The notes beneath the pieces are model-generated. The model saw only the letters and a program-made list of their open reading frames with translations. It was not told where the DNA came from and ran no database searches. This document shows positions 1-13,000 of a stretch of DNA of 64,000 nt, piece after piece (the first letter of the stretch is position 1; every line of letters begins with the position of its first letter). Source of the stretch: Macrostomum lignano (taxonomy: Eukaryota); the NCBI GenBank assembly GCA_002269645.1, contig NIVC01002349.1:1-64000 (forward strand). The letters are read 5' to 3'. The translations under genes and the position numbers were made by a program.

Positions 1-1090
1 GAGATATTGACTTGGGGAAATAGGGATTTCTACCTGAAGCTTTGGGATCTGAGATATTGACTTGGGGAAATAGGGATTTTCTACCTGAAGCTTTGGGATC
101 TGAGATATTGACTTGGGGAAATAGGGATTTTCTACCTGAAGCTTTGGATCTGAGATATTGACTTTGGGAATAGGGATTTTCTACCTGAAGCTTTGGGATC
201 TGAGATATTGACTTGGGGAAATAGGGATTTTCTACCTGAAGCTTTGGGATCTGAGATATTGACTTGGGGAAATAGGGATTTTCTACCTGAAGCTTTGGGA
301 TCTGAGATATTGACTTGGGGAATAGGGATTTTCTACCTGAAGCTTTGGATCTGAGATATTGACTTGGGGAAATAGGGATTTTCTACCTGAAGCTTTGGAT
401 CTGAGATATTGACTTGGGGAAATAGGGATTTTCTACCTGAAGCTTTGGGATCTGAGATATTGACTTGGGGAAATAGGGATTTTCTACCTGAAGCTTTGGG
501 ATCTGAGATATTGACTTGGGGAAATAGGGATTTTCTACCTGAAGCTTTGGGATCTGAGATATTGACTTGGGGAAATAGGGATTTTCTACCTGAAGCTTTG
601 GGATCTGAGATATTGACTTGGGGAATAGGGATTTTCTACCTGAAGCTTTGGGATCTGAGATATTGACTTGGGGAAATAGGGATTTTCTACCTGAAGCTTT
701 GGGTCTGAGATATTGACTTGGGGAAATAGGGATTTTCTACCTGAAGCTTTTGGATCTGAGATATTGACTTGGGGAATAGGGATTTCTACCTGAAGCTTTG
801 GGATCTGAGATATTGACTTGGGGAAATAGGGATTTTCTACCTGAAGCTTTGGGATCTGAGATATTGACTTGGGGAAATAGGGATTTTCTACCTGAAGCTT
901 TTGGATCTGAGATATTGACTTGGGGAAATAGGGATTTTCTACCTGAAGCTTTGGGATCTGAGATATTGACTTGGGGAAATAGGGATTTTCTACCTGAAGC
1001 TTTGGGATCTGAGATATTGACTTGGGGAAATAGGGATTTTCTACCTGAAGCTTTGGGATCTGAGATATTGACTTGGGGAAATAGGGATTT
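1..1090. repeat. 51-bp minisatellite (runs off the window start)
   Basis: Tandem unit gagatattgacttggggaaatagggattttctacctgaagctttgggatct; the periodic 17-aa ORFs here are artefacts of the array. Confidence 0.95.
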
Positions 1091-1386
1091 TTAGAAGTTT
1101 TCTAACTATTAAAACTTCTAAAAATATTGATATATTGATCAGCAGCTTTCTAATCGAAAATGTTTGCATGGGATCTGAAATTTGAAGTAAACCGGGATTC
1201 TCAGTATCTGATTTGGGATCAAGATGCTGAGCAAGCGCCCGTTACATCAGAATGGAATTCGGCACTTATATAAAATACGAGATCGCTGTCCGGGTGCGGG
1301 CGATAATTAGATTCGGCAATTCAATTCTCAAGCTTTGGCTCCCTGCTGCTGCTGCTGTCTGTTTGTCAGCGAAGCTTCGATGCTCT

Positions 1387-4004
1387 TCAACACGCCCGGC
1401 AGTTGCTGCGGCCCGGTGGCTGGCGAGGCCGCGCCCGGCTGCCGAAGCTGAGCACCTTCTGCAGGCCCTGGCGAACTCGCTGGAAATTGTACTCGATAAT
1501 GCCCTGCCTGTCCATGCCCTCCTCGCGGAGCACGCAGACCAAAGCCAGGCGGCGATCGACGCCGCGCAGCAGCAGCACTGTGCTGTTGTCAAGGCGGATG
1601 GAGGCGGCCGTTTCCTCGCTGAACCCGGCCGACTCGTCTGCCAGCTCCGGACTGCGGGTGGTTGGGGATGCCGCTGTTCTGAGATCTGGGGATGCCGCTG
1701 TTCTGAGATCTGGGGATTCTGCTGTTCTGAGATCTGGGGATTCTGCTGTTCTGAGATCTGGGGATTCTGCTGTTCTGAGATCTGGGGATTCTGCTGTTCT
1801 CAGATCTGGGGATTCTGCTGTTCTCAGATCTGGGGATTCTGCTGTTCTCAGATCTGGGGATTCTGCTGTTCTCAGATCTGGGGATTCTATCATTCTGAGG
1901 TGGGGATTCTGTAATCCTGAGATGGGAATTCTGCCATTCTGGGGTGGGAATTCTGCCATTCTGGGGTGGGGATTCTGCTATTCTGGGGTGGGGATTCTGC
2001 TATTCTGGGGTGGGGATTCTGCTATTCTGGGGTGGGGATTCTGCCATTCTGGGTGGGGATTCTGCCATTCTGATACGGGGATTCTGCCATTCTGATACGG
2101 GGATTCTGCTATTCTGAGGTGGGGATTCTGCTATTCTGAGGTGGGGATTCTGTCATTCTGGGGTGGGGATTCTGCCATTCTGGGTGGGGATTCTGCTATT
2201 CTGGGGTGGGGATTCTGCTATTCTGGGGTGGGGATTCTGCTATTCTGGGTGGGGATTCTGCCATTCTGGGGTGGGATTCTGCCATTCTGATACGGGGATT
2301 CTGCCATTCTGATACGGGGATTCTGCTATTCTGAGGTGGGGATTCTGCTATTCTGGGGTGGGGATTCTGCTATTCTGGGGTGGGGATTCTGCTGTTCTGA
2401 GATGGGGGTTACAGGTTAGGATTAAGCCATTTTAAAGCCAAAGAGGTTCTTAACAGATGTTCAAACGTATGTACCAATAGCTCACCCATCTGAGTAAATA
2501 GTGCCAACGTCCACCACAAGGTCGATCATATCGCAGCAGAGCTCGTAAACCTGCATGTCAACGGGTGACGGGTCTGTTGCTATGTAAATTTTGGTTGCCA
2601 CGTCGAACAGGAATGCTTTCTCGAGACCGGAGTTCTGAAAAGAGGGGAATAGAAGATATTTGTTATTATAATTCTCCCATCATATAACATTGTTATTGCT
2701 CCAGTAAACACTATACTAAAAAAGTCTAGACTAAACAAATCGCGATTGGCTTACATTGCAGAAAATATTGAGCAAACTTTCGAACGCGCCCATATGCGGG
2801 ATGAGCTTCTGCACCACTTTGCTGAACGCTTCGAAAATCGAATGGTCGTAAATAGTAGTCAGGTGATAGTGAATATTGATCACTTCATTGCCTGCGGAGA
2901 TTAGATAGGATAGATAGGATAGGGGTATTTATTTAATAAACAAAAACTATCTAAGCGACTGTTTAATAAAACATGCGCAACCTTGGGAATCCCCTGGCCG
3001 TTTCTATTGGCAACACACACATGTAGGTTGCTATTGGCTGCGAGGAGTCACGTGACTACTACCTGTCCAATAGCGACTTACACGATTGAGGGTGATTACC
3101 AAGGTTGCCCCCAGACATGAGCCCAGTGGTCCAGCGCGGCGCTCTTTATCCCAGCGGCCGCGGCTCGATTCCAAGTGCAGTCACATTAGTTCTGTGGCTA
3201 AATTGGAATCTCGGCTTGGCTCTGCTAATGCAGTTAACAGCCTTGAGGGCCAACCCCCAAGGCAGAGTTAAGTGTACATGCCTAACGATAAATAAAGTTA
3301 GGGCCGCTGTACACTCCAGTGTGAATGTGCCTGTGCGTATGACTGCGTACGTATCAGCGTGCTTCTGTGCCTGCTCAGGGGAGTCGACGGAATGGGCAGT
3401 GATGCCTCTCGCCGGTTGTGACAATGTCGCTTAAAGTGGTGCCAGGGTGCACACAGCTGCCAGCCCACTGTCTATTAGCGGCCGTGGCGACCATGTGCCG
3501 AAAAGTTTGCGTCTCAGAAAGATTCGCGTCTAGTCTGAACCACATAATTTAAAGTACATTTAGAAAAGTGGCCGGAATTGCATGTCCGGAACTTGTCCGA
3601 AAGCGGATACTAGTGGCCGAAATTTGGAAACTTTAGTTGATCATCGTTAACTTATAACTGGCCACATTTTGATCAAATGAATCAAAGGTTTGCTCGCTTT
3701 CGCATTTCGGGGTCATCATTTTTCGCGTGAGGTCCGAGAATTCGATTATATTGTGATTTCAGATTTTAAGCCACACATTTTCATAGTTTATCCGATAGTT
3801 TGATTTTTTCATTTTGCATGTATTTGACAACTCTTAAACTGTCCAGTAACTGTTCCTTGCAGCTATGGACAACCTGCACGTTTTCTGAGCTACACTTGCT
3901 CAGAGCTACATTTGGCCTGGCATTTGACTTGCTCATGCAAGTGTAGCTCAGACTGTCGCGACTTTCTTAGTCATTTCTTTAGTTCACCTTCACTTGTCTC
4001 TGTT

Positions 4005-4063
<59 letters not shown>

Positions 4064-7000
4064 CTCTCTCTCTCTCTTTCTCACCCCCAATCACTCGATT
4101 GCAAACTTTGTCTCCATTGCTATCGAACAAGTTCTTAATAACAACAAAATCGAACTAAGGGAAGAAATCTGGATTAAAAAACTGGGGACTGACAAACCGC
4201 CAGGTACGAACATCAGGGTCGACAATCACCTTCTCCGACCCATCCCAATGGTCTTTCCTTTTCACCCATCTACGGTCTGGCTTGCCAACGAGATTGCTAA
4301 AAACTTTGATAAGCTACAAAATAAACCAGGCTCCCGCATACTGCCCACTTTTACACGGCAACGTAACTTACAGAGCCTCCTGGCTCCCAATAAGTTCAAG
4401 TCTCAGCCAGGAAACATTGAATCATTTTAACCAATGCGCTATTTTTACCCTATTGAAATACAATATTTATTCACGTGTCATTTATTTTATTTTATTCAAA
4501 CTGCTTAACTGTACGCTCAATATTGATTTTTATGCTCCTACCCCCAATACCGGCATTTCATCTAATCGTATAGTATCGCATATCGTATAGTTCGAAATAA
4601 CAATTTTTTATAACAAATATACCGTCGTTTAAAATTAATGGTGGAAAGCCTCTGGGACAAGTTAGAGCTAGGCAAAACAGGGTTTTAAATGTACATCCCT
4701 CATATGTACAACTACTCATCAATTCTATCAGACTAAGAAAAATAATACTTAAAAGACCAACTTGAATTGCATGACACACAGATTTTTTGGCCTGACGAAG
4801 AGCCCAGAGGCTCGAATCCGGTAGCCCAGATTTATTTAATTATTTTTTAAACACGCCGTGACCTCTCTTCTCTCTCTCTCTCTCTCTCTACCTCTCTCTG
4901 TCTAGTAGCTCAATCTTGTTATTCCTCTCTCTCTCTCCCTTGCTGCCTTCTGATTGGCTCTCCATTCTCGCCTCTCTCTTTAGGCGCGCACTCCACCCTT
5001 CCCTTTATTATCTGCATTCAACCCCCCCCCCGAGTTAATGTCTGATATAAATATTGTTGTTTGGGCCCTAAATCTCACTCTCTTCTTTCTCATCAATTTA
5101 ACTCTAATTTAGGTAGTTAAGTCTTAATATTTTCACCTCATAGACAACACTGAGTAGTTGTTTAGTAGAAAATCATCCAGTAATCCTTTAATCGGCTCTC
5201 TTCCTTTTTAGCTGACAGAAAGCGCGAGGTTATCGAAGAGATCAATATAGCTTTCCAGAATGGTGAGATACTTCGTCAAAATCGTCCGTAAATGATACAA
5301 AACATGTCATTCAGTTGTAAAGAAACTATATTTGGTAAACTCCTTTTTATGCTATGACTGTTCATTACTACCAACTATCCGTTAAACTTGAAGACTTTTA
5401 AATTCATTGGCTACATGCAAAGCCCAGCTACCTCTTGTTACATTTATCGTGCTCACTTAACTATGAAAAGTATAATTTTTTCGTTTTTCGTTTGGCGTTT
5501 ATCACGGGCAAATATCATAAGATCTATGATCAAAAGTAAGATCGTAAAATTTTCAAAGCCAGGACAGGAGTTAAAAGTCTATGGCCCGAAGCTGCAACCC
5601 AATTTATATGTTAAAAAGACAGATAAGATAGCTCGAGGACTGACTTTAAGTCAAATTGAAAGTCATATTGAAAAATATATAACGATCAACGCCAGTTTCG
5701 GTCTTGCTTTTATCATGTCGTTGAGGACTCGCGCAACCTCGACCACGGCGAGCCATCGCAGCCACTACCAAGCTGCCGCTGGGCGCCGAACTTCATTCGG
5801 CCAAGCCCCCAAAGGCCACCATCGCTTTCAGTCATCTGCCAGCAGCGACGCCAGCTGCAGTGACAGCAACGGAAGCAGCAAGTACTTGTCCCTTGGTCAC
5901 ATCGGAGCCACTCGGACACACAGCCAGACAAGCAGCCCGAGTTCAGAGTGCAGCTTTAACTCAAGGATTCTAGACAATGGGAACCGCCAATGGGACCGCC
6001 TCATCAAACTGGCAGTGCGCGATGCCAACTCTTCGAACCGCCAGCAGTCGACCAGGCGTCGGAGTCGCCGACATGACTCGATGTCACCGCAGCCAATCCA
6101 GCCGGTGTTTTCGCCGCCACCGTCGCCCACTGCGAACCCGTACAGGTACCGGCGCGGTCGCAGCGCAGGACGGCACCATGAGGATTCGATCAGCCCTGCG
6201 CAGCGTTGGAACGACAACAGTTCCAACCAAAGCAAGATATACGACTTCAGACCGTTGAGACAGCAGCGGCAGAGAAGAACGGCCTGCAAGCCGCAGTTGC
6301 TGCAGCAGCACAAGCATGGACGAATGATGCAGGAACAGCAGCCAAATAAGATCTACGCTGGCAATCACGCGGAGAGCAATGTGCTGCTCAATCGGAAGCT
6401 CAACGACTCACTTCGACGGCTGCAGTCGCAGAGACGAAGCAGCCGCAACTTGGTGCGGTGCAACAATGAGGACAGGTGGACGTCTTTCTATGGCAAAGAC
6501 GACAGCGATTCCAGCCAAAGTGAGCAGGAAGAGAGACCGCTCCCAGTTCAAAAGGCTCAGCAATGGGTGCGGGACAGGTGCGGCAGAGATGAGCGAGCCC
6601 GAGAACTAGAGCCTAGCTGCGATGGCGCCAGAGGCTGCATGCGAGAGACCAGAAGCCACCGCGAGACCCTGTTCAGCTGCCCGTTCATGGCCCTGTCACT
6701 GACGACCAAGATCTACGAGTGCGATAAATGCGCTACCAAATACCACAGCAGTTTGAGCGGCAGTCGGGCTCGAATGCCATGGGTTCAGCAGTGATTTATT
6801 TCATCGACTTTTTTAGATAAAGTGATATTTTAGTAGTGACAATCCTTGCCATTTGTTGCAAAACGGACAAATATTTGTATTTTTAATATCCTTTTTTGGA
6901 AATGCGGACCGGCAGAGAGTTCCTTTGCACTAACACGCAGCCTAATTCGATTTCGGGTGAATTTTTCAGTGAAAATAAAACTTTAATACACATTTTATCC

Positions 7001-10000
7001 ATTAACTCCTACCATTTTCTAAGTTTTGGCAACTTTGGTGTGCGTTTTTTATTCTACGCTTCGTGTTACCGTAGGTTGTGTTGGATCGCTTTTCATAAAA
7101 ACAGCAGTCATCTCAATAAGCGACTGATCCTATATTTCTAAGGTAACAGAAAGATTGCAGAACCTCTGCCAGGCACGACGAGATTCAACTTCAACTTCGA
7201 AATGCACAGCCATCCTTTTTAGCCCGGACCAGCGGGAGTAATTTTGAAAACTGCACGTCTACATCAACGGAAATCAGCTCCCGCCAGCTCTCTACCCGAA
7301 AATTCTTAGTGTCAAGTTCGACTCCTTGCTGTCCTTCGTTCAGCACTGAAGAATTGACACTAAAAGGCGATCACAATCATGCTCCCATTTCATAGGCAGA
7401 AGTGCGACTGTTAAAACTGAAGCGCAGACTAAATGTGCTAGCTATAGAGCAGCCTGCCAAGCGCTTCAGGTGTATCGTTGATGAAGTAGCGAGTAATGAT
7501 CCCGGCACTCACGATCATGCTTTTCCTGATGTACAACAACGAGCCAGGCGTGCGACCCAGTATACCAAGCTCGATCGAGGAGACATGCATCTCCTAGAAT
7601 CTGATGAGCTGAACTTGTGAAAATGGTGAGAAATTTTACCAAGGCTCTGCCTCCACCCAAGGACCACTAGGAACACTTCGTTATATAAGGACGCTACACT
7701 CTTGATTCGTGTAAAAATAGTTGAAGGGCGATTTTCGTTGTCGTATACATTAGCGAGATAGATAAATTGCACGATTTTCATCAAAATATGTGCTGTTTGC
7801 AGTAGCTTAAGTTTATTTATTTCACAAATTTTGCAATATAAAACCAGAAACACTTAGCTATATTATATTCCTTTGTGGTTTTGTCGTATTTTAAGGTTAT
7901 TACATTTCTTCAAATTACTTTTGACTAGGCTAGGCCTATGACTAAGACTAATGTTTATTGACAGGGAACCTATTGTAATAAATACTTAATAGGCCTAAAA
8001 CTATTTGATTTCTAACTAGGCATAACCTTAACTGCCTTAACTAACTAGATTTTTTATTGATTGCATGCTTGCAAAGTATAAGTATTGACTGCAACTACAT
8101 GCTTTAGCCCTATCATATTGGTTATTGCCAGAGTTCAAGGCTGTTATTAAGTATATTCTATAGTGTCTATTTTGCTTAGGCCTCTGTTACTGTTGCTGCT
8201 TATAAAATTAGACTTATTTTGTATTTTTACTCATTTATACGTATATGTACCACCAGTATATATATATACATATGTAATATGAAATTATATATTTATTCAT
8301 GCTAGGCCTACATAACATTTGGCTAAATATCTATTGGAGGAATTCGAAAACTGAAGGGAACTAGAGTAGGCCTAGGCCCCTTTTAGAAAAATAGCTATAG
8401 CCTAGCTAAGAACTGTATGATAGATCGTATTTATTATATGCAAAGAATTAAGCTCAAGCCAGTAATTATCATACAGTTCATTTTTTATTTTTAACTTTGC
8501 TTAATTGCAGACCAGCTGTCAGGCCAATGAAGTGCTGTGTGTCAAGATGTACAAGCAACTACACTACTGGTAATATATGGCCAGGGTGGCTTTGAATTGC
8601 CCTTGAGGCCCATGTCCACACTTTTGTCCATGCTCCTGTGATGCTCTTGGATATCCAGAACTGAGATGCCCAGGTTGGCCACCAACAAATTCCACAGGTG
8701 ACTGAGATGACAGACCAGCTATTCTAATGCTTCCTAAACTTAAAATTGATGTGTAGAGTGACAGGGTTTGTCAGCATACACATGTACCATTTGTAGACAT
8801 TAGCCTAACACTGGTTATGAACACTGCTGAATTTGTTAAAATAATTTTTGTGCATTTGTAAAAGCGTTTTTCTTTGTTTTTGTTACTTACTTTTTCCATT
8901 TTCCTTCTTTTAATACTGTTGTCGGATTTCCATCCTCCAAATATTTGTACTTTCTGTTTTGCAATTCAGCCTCGTACTTTTCAGTTAGCCGACTCCCTTC
9001 GTTTACCATACTTTTCCCCACAGACGATCTCAACCGTTAATTTACCACGGATAATTCAGCTAACCTCCTGTTCATTATTGTTAGTATAAATACAAGTTTA
9101 ACTCGCGGCTTTGGCCCTGGTCCTCTGCTTCACTTCTTTTCTGCCCCGCTAATCACTGTTAAATCAATTTGCAACACTGATCGACAGACAAATCTGCTCA
9201 ATATAGTTTATCATACCTCCTCAGTTTTGTGGTGGCCAGACTGCTGTTCATAAGTTTAGCTATAAGCAACTAAACTCGACACAACTCTGCTTGCTTGCTA
9301 AATTATATTGCCACTCGCAAGCAGATTATTTACTATTAATTATTTACAGATTATAGCTAGAGAGAACAGAATGTTGAAACAGGAGTCTGCTTTGTGATGT
9401 TTGACTTTTTTATTCTCACTCATTTTTCTAGCCCTCTTATGAGAAAGATTTCAAAGGATATAGACCAAAGCATGTGGGTTCTGTATATTATCTCCAGACT
9501 TCTGGATCTCTCAGAAACGTCAATAGCTAATGAAACTACGAGCGTATTCAGAAAAGATGCGCCTAAGATTTTCGCCTCGTTTTTTAATTTTGCTTCCTAA
9601 ATTTAAAGATTTGAATACCAAAACGCCCCAAAATATAGGGCGTCTCCAGTGTACAGGATTTTCTTGCATCTACATCTAGTGGGAAACGAAACTAGATGAC
9701 TTACGTGGTAGGAGACAAAAATCTGAACAGTCTGGCGAAAAAAGTAACATTCTACATGCAATCGATTCGGAGATACAAACATTTCAATGATCGGCCTTCA
9801 ACTATTTTTGCACGATTTGCAAGCGTTGCGTCCTTTTAGTCTAGCAGTCCTTGATTCCACCCAGTAACATTCCATCTTTTTGGTCATTCAGAGCTTCTAA
9901 GAGTTAGAGAAACTGCGCAAAGTGTTCGCAGATGGAAGATTTCGTGTGGTTCCGCGCATATGTTACTCCTCACAATCGGAATCTATACCCAAGCAGGGTT

Positions 10001-13000
10001 ATTCCCCCCCCTACTTCTTCGCGCAGCTTACCGGAAAATCTAAGGCTGCATAGCATATTACAATTTGTATTTGGACAAAACTTTAGTAGGCTGCGTGCCC
10101 TTTGATTTCCCATTTGCACGAAGCTGTGAACTCTGATGGTTTGAATTACGCTATTGCGCTATTGCGTAATTCAAACGCGTGAATTTTTTAGCATTTCCAT
10201 TGCATCAGATAAGTAAATCCGTGTCTTATTTGTACAGTGGGGCTACAGACTCATCGGGAAGGCTTAAGTAGTTTATTGGGTTGAAGCTTCGCACATTCGC
10301 GATGGGAGTTTTAATAATTTTAGAATTGAACTCATTTGAAGGGCCATTGCACAATAATTTAACACCCGGTACAATTCCGGTGCCAGTCGAAATGCGTGCA
10401 AAGTGCTTGGTGTCGAAAGTTTTTTTTAGATTAACGTATTTCAGCTATCACTCAATAGAATGAGCAGCGATTGTGCATCATTATATACGCTCGTACTCGC
10501 ATATGCTGTTGCTATCCATGTATTGCGTAAAACATCGGAATGCATTTGTATTTGAAATGATAGCTAAATGTCTCCGTTAGGCAACTCCTCTCCCTCACAT
10601 CTCATCCTCTCACGCCATCACTCATCAGTCTTCTTTCCTTTCCAAGACCGATTGTAAATGATTTCAGAGCCTAAAATCAATTGCGTAATCACAGCAACTT
10701 TCATTAATACTCTACATACATCACTTTTGGCCCAATGATAAAAGTTTTTGTTTAACTTTCAGTTAGCAAGGTTTCTAATGGTTGGAAGATTTTTCCCAAA
10801 TGAAGACTTTGACGTGAAGAGTTAAATACATTAGGTTATACGAGCTATATTCGAAAATTTTGAACCTGCAAATATCAGTCTTTTAATAGATTTTTTGAAA
10901 TCCATGGCAACACTAGCTATAGTAAAAAATATTCTAGCCGTAACAGGCAACCCATTGCCGGTGAAGGATGATCAGAAGCATAGAGCAGGCAAATCCTACA
11001 TCTGCCCATGACTCGGTCGAGATCACACAATCGAGGCTCAGCCAGCACGACCAAAGGAAGCACATGGCAAGCAAAGTGCAAAAAATAATCGACGATTCCA
11101 AATTTCCCATTGACGAGTTGGAGCCGGTTATCGATGTCATTTGTGCATTAGCGATCGTAGCGCACACGCAAGTGAAGTCTGGTATCCCAAACCAAAAAGG
11201 CTCTCAGCAGTGCCGCTTTCGCTGGTGTTTGGCGGGGCACCAAGGAGGCCGGTCAACGCGCACATCCGCCGCCTGCACAAGGAGGACCGAGAGGCCGAGA
11301 TTGAGACTAAGGTCCTGGAAGCGGAGCAGCGTGTCGCCAACGAGGCAGCCGATGCAGGACAGCTGGCGACAAAAAAAACTGTTCCGAATGTCATAATCGT
11401 GCTTTGCGAGTATCTTAGGGACTTTGACCGGTGGCCTGCTAGCTCAGCTCCTTGCTCCTTGCTCTGGGGCGGAATACATTTCTGCCCAATATGCTAGTCG
11501 GTACAGCAGTTGCCGATTTTGATGGCATCTTTTGGGCACTGATTTTGAGTTAAAAATAATATTTTTGCATATTTTTTCATAAAGCAGTTGCTTAGCATTC
11601 CAGTCCCTTGAAAATCTAATCAATATTCACTTATCCCAAGGCAGTTAACTTAGCTGATTGGTTTGGATTTAGTGGTGTTTAAAAAACAGAAATTGAAGCG
11701 GCTCATCACCACTGGATCTCAGTAGAGAGCCAAGACAGTCCCGAAAAATCCTGTCAGACAAACTTGTCTCAAAAACACAAATAGGAGTCTAAGCGGAGTG
11801 TAAAGCATTATAACAGTATTTATGAGATCTTAGTGTCTGATATAAGTTTCTCAAGTAGGCTCATCCTAGCCGACGTTGCTGATCAGTTAAACAGCTGCTG
11901 GACACAAAGTTGCAGAATATTTATTCCTTATAAATGAGTAGCTCGAAAGTCTTCATATGATTGTTCAGTGTTAGCACGGTTCCCGAGTTGTTGTTGTTGT
12001 TGTTAATTCCCGGCCGGGTTAATATCCGGGGGGCGGGTTTGCGCCCCTACCGCCTGGAGGAAGTGCAGTGCGCGCGGGCCGTCGTCGTGGAGGATGGCCA
12101 GCGTCGGGTTCTCGCCCAGAATTTGTCGTCTGGTCTCGGTCGTGGCGCGACATTCCAGGAGCAGGTGTTTGAGGTCCTCCGGGGCCTCCCCGCAGGCCGG
12201 GCAGGTGGCCTCCGGTTCCAGCCCGATGCGGTGCCGATACTGTCGAAGTATCGGGCAGTGGCCAGAGCGTAGTTGGGCTAGCAGGACTCTGTCCTTACGG
12301 TTCATGGAGGTTTGCTGTTTGGGTCGTCGGCCGTTGGTGCAGGAGCGGTGGATGCTGCAGTGCTCGTTTGTCTCATACGATCGGATGAAGTCGTTGTGGG
12401 CCGTCGCCAGAATGGCAGAGCGTGCGCTGCGGTGATCCAGGGGTGCGTTGGTCTGATCAAGGGTGGCAGCAGCGCGGGCAGTGGCATCGGCGAGATCGTT
12501 GCGACGAAGGTCGCAGTGGCCCGGGACCCATTGCAGGGTCACGTGATGGCCAGGCGGGAGGCGTCCCAAGATGCGCAGTATGTCGCGGCAACAAGGGGAG
12601 AGCCGCGGGCTTGGGCCGCCTTTGAGGCAGCGGAGCAGGGCCTGGGAGTCGGTCGCGCAGCGCAGCTCGCGGTTTCCCGGCCACGGCAGTGCGTCAAAAG
12701 CTGCTTGGAGGCCGAGCCTAAGCGCGCATTCTTCCGCACGGAAGGACGAGGTCAGGCTCCCCGCCGGAGCTCTCAGAAAGCGCGTCGACGAACCGCGGGT
12801 GTAGAGGACAGCTCCTGCTCCGCCGTTGGTGGTCCCCCTGCTGCCGACCCGTCCGTCCAGAGTTCAAGGTCAGCGGGGGGGGAGCGACGCTAGGGTCTCG
12901 AGCGCCGCGGCCCTGCGAACATGCGGTGGGTCGTCGCGTGAGCACTTAACTATGAGGGCGTCTTGGATGTGAAAGCTGGTCGAGGATGACCACGGAGGCA

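Noticed and set aside
7400-7700. MULE-like transposase relic ([28 protein letters not shown]) and a ctgatga..gaaa hammerhead-like string at ~7605
   Set aside because: The resemblance is too short to support, and the putative stem II does not pair.
8527-8720. THAP-domain start ([12 protein letters not shown])
   Set aside because: Only the first CxxxxC is present, followed by stops; the later W/C/HF motifs are absent.
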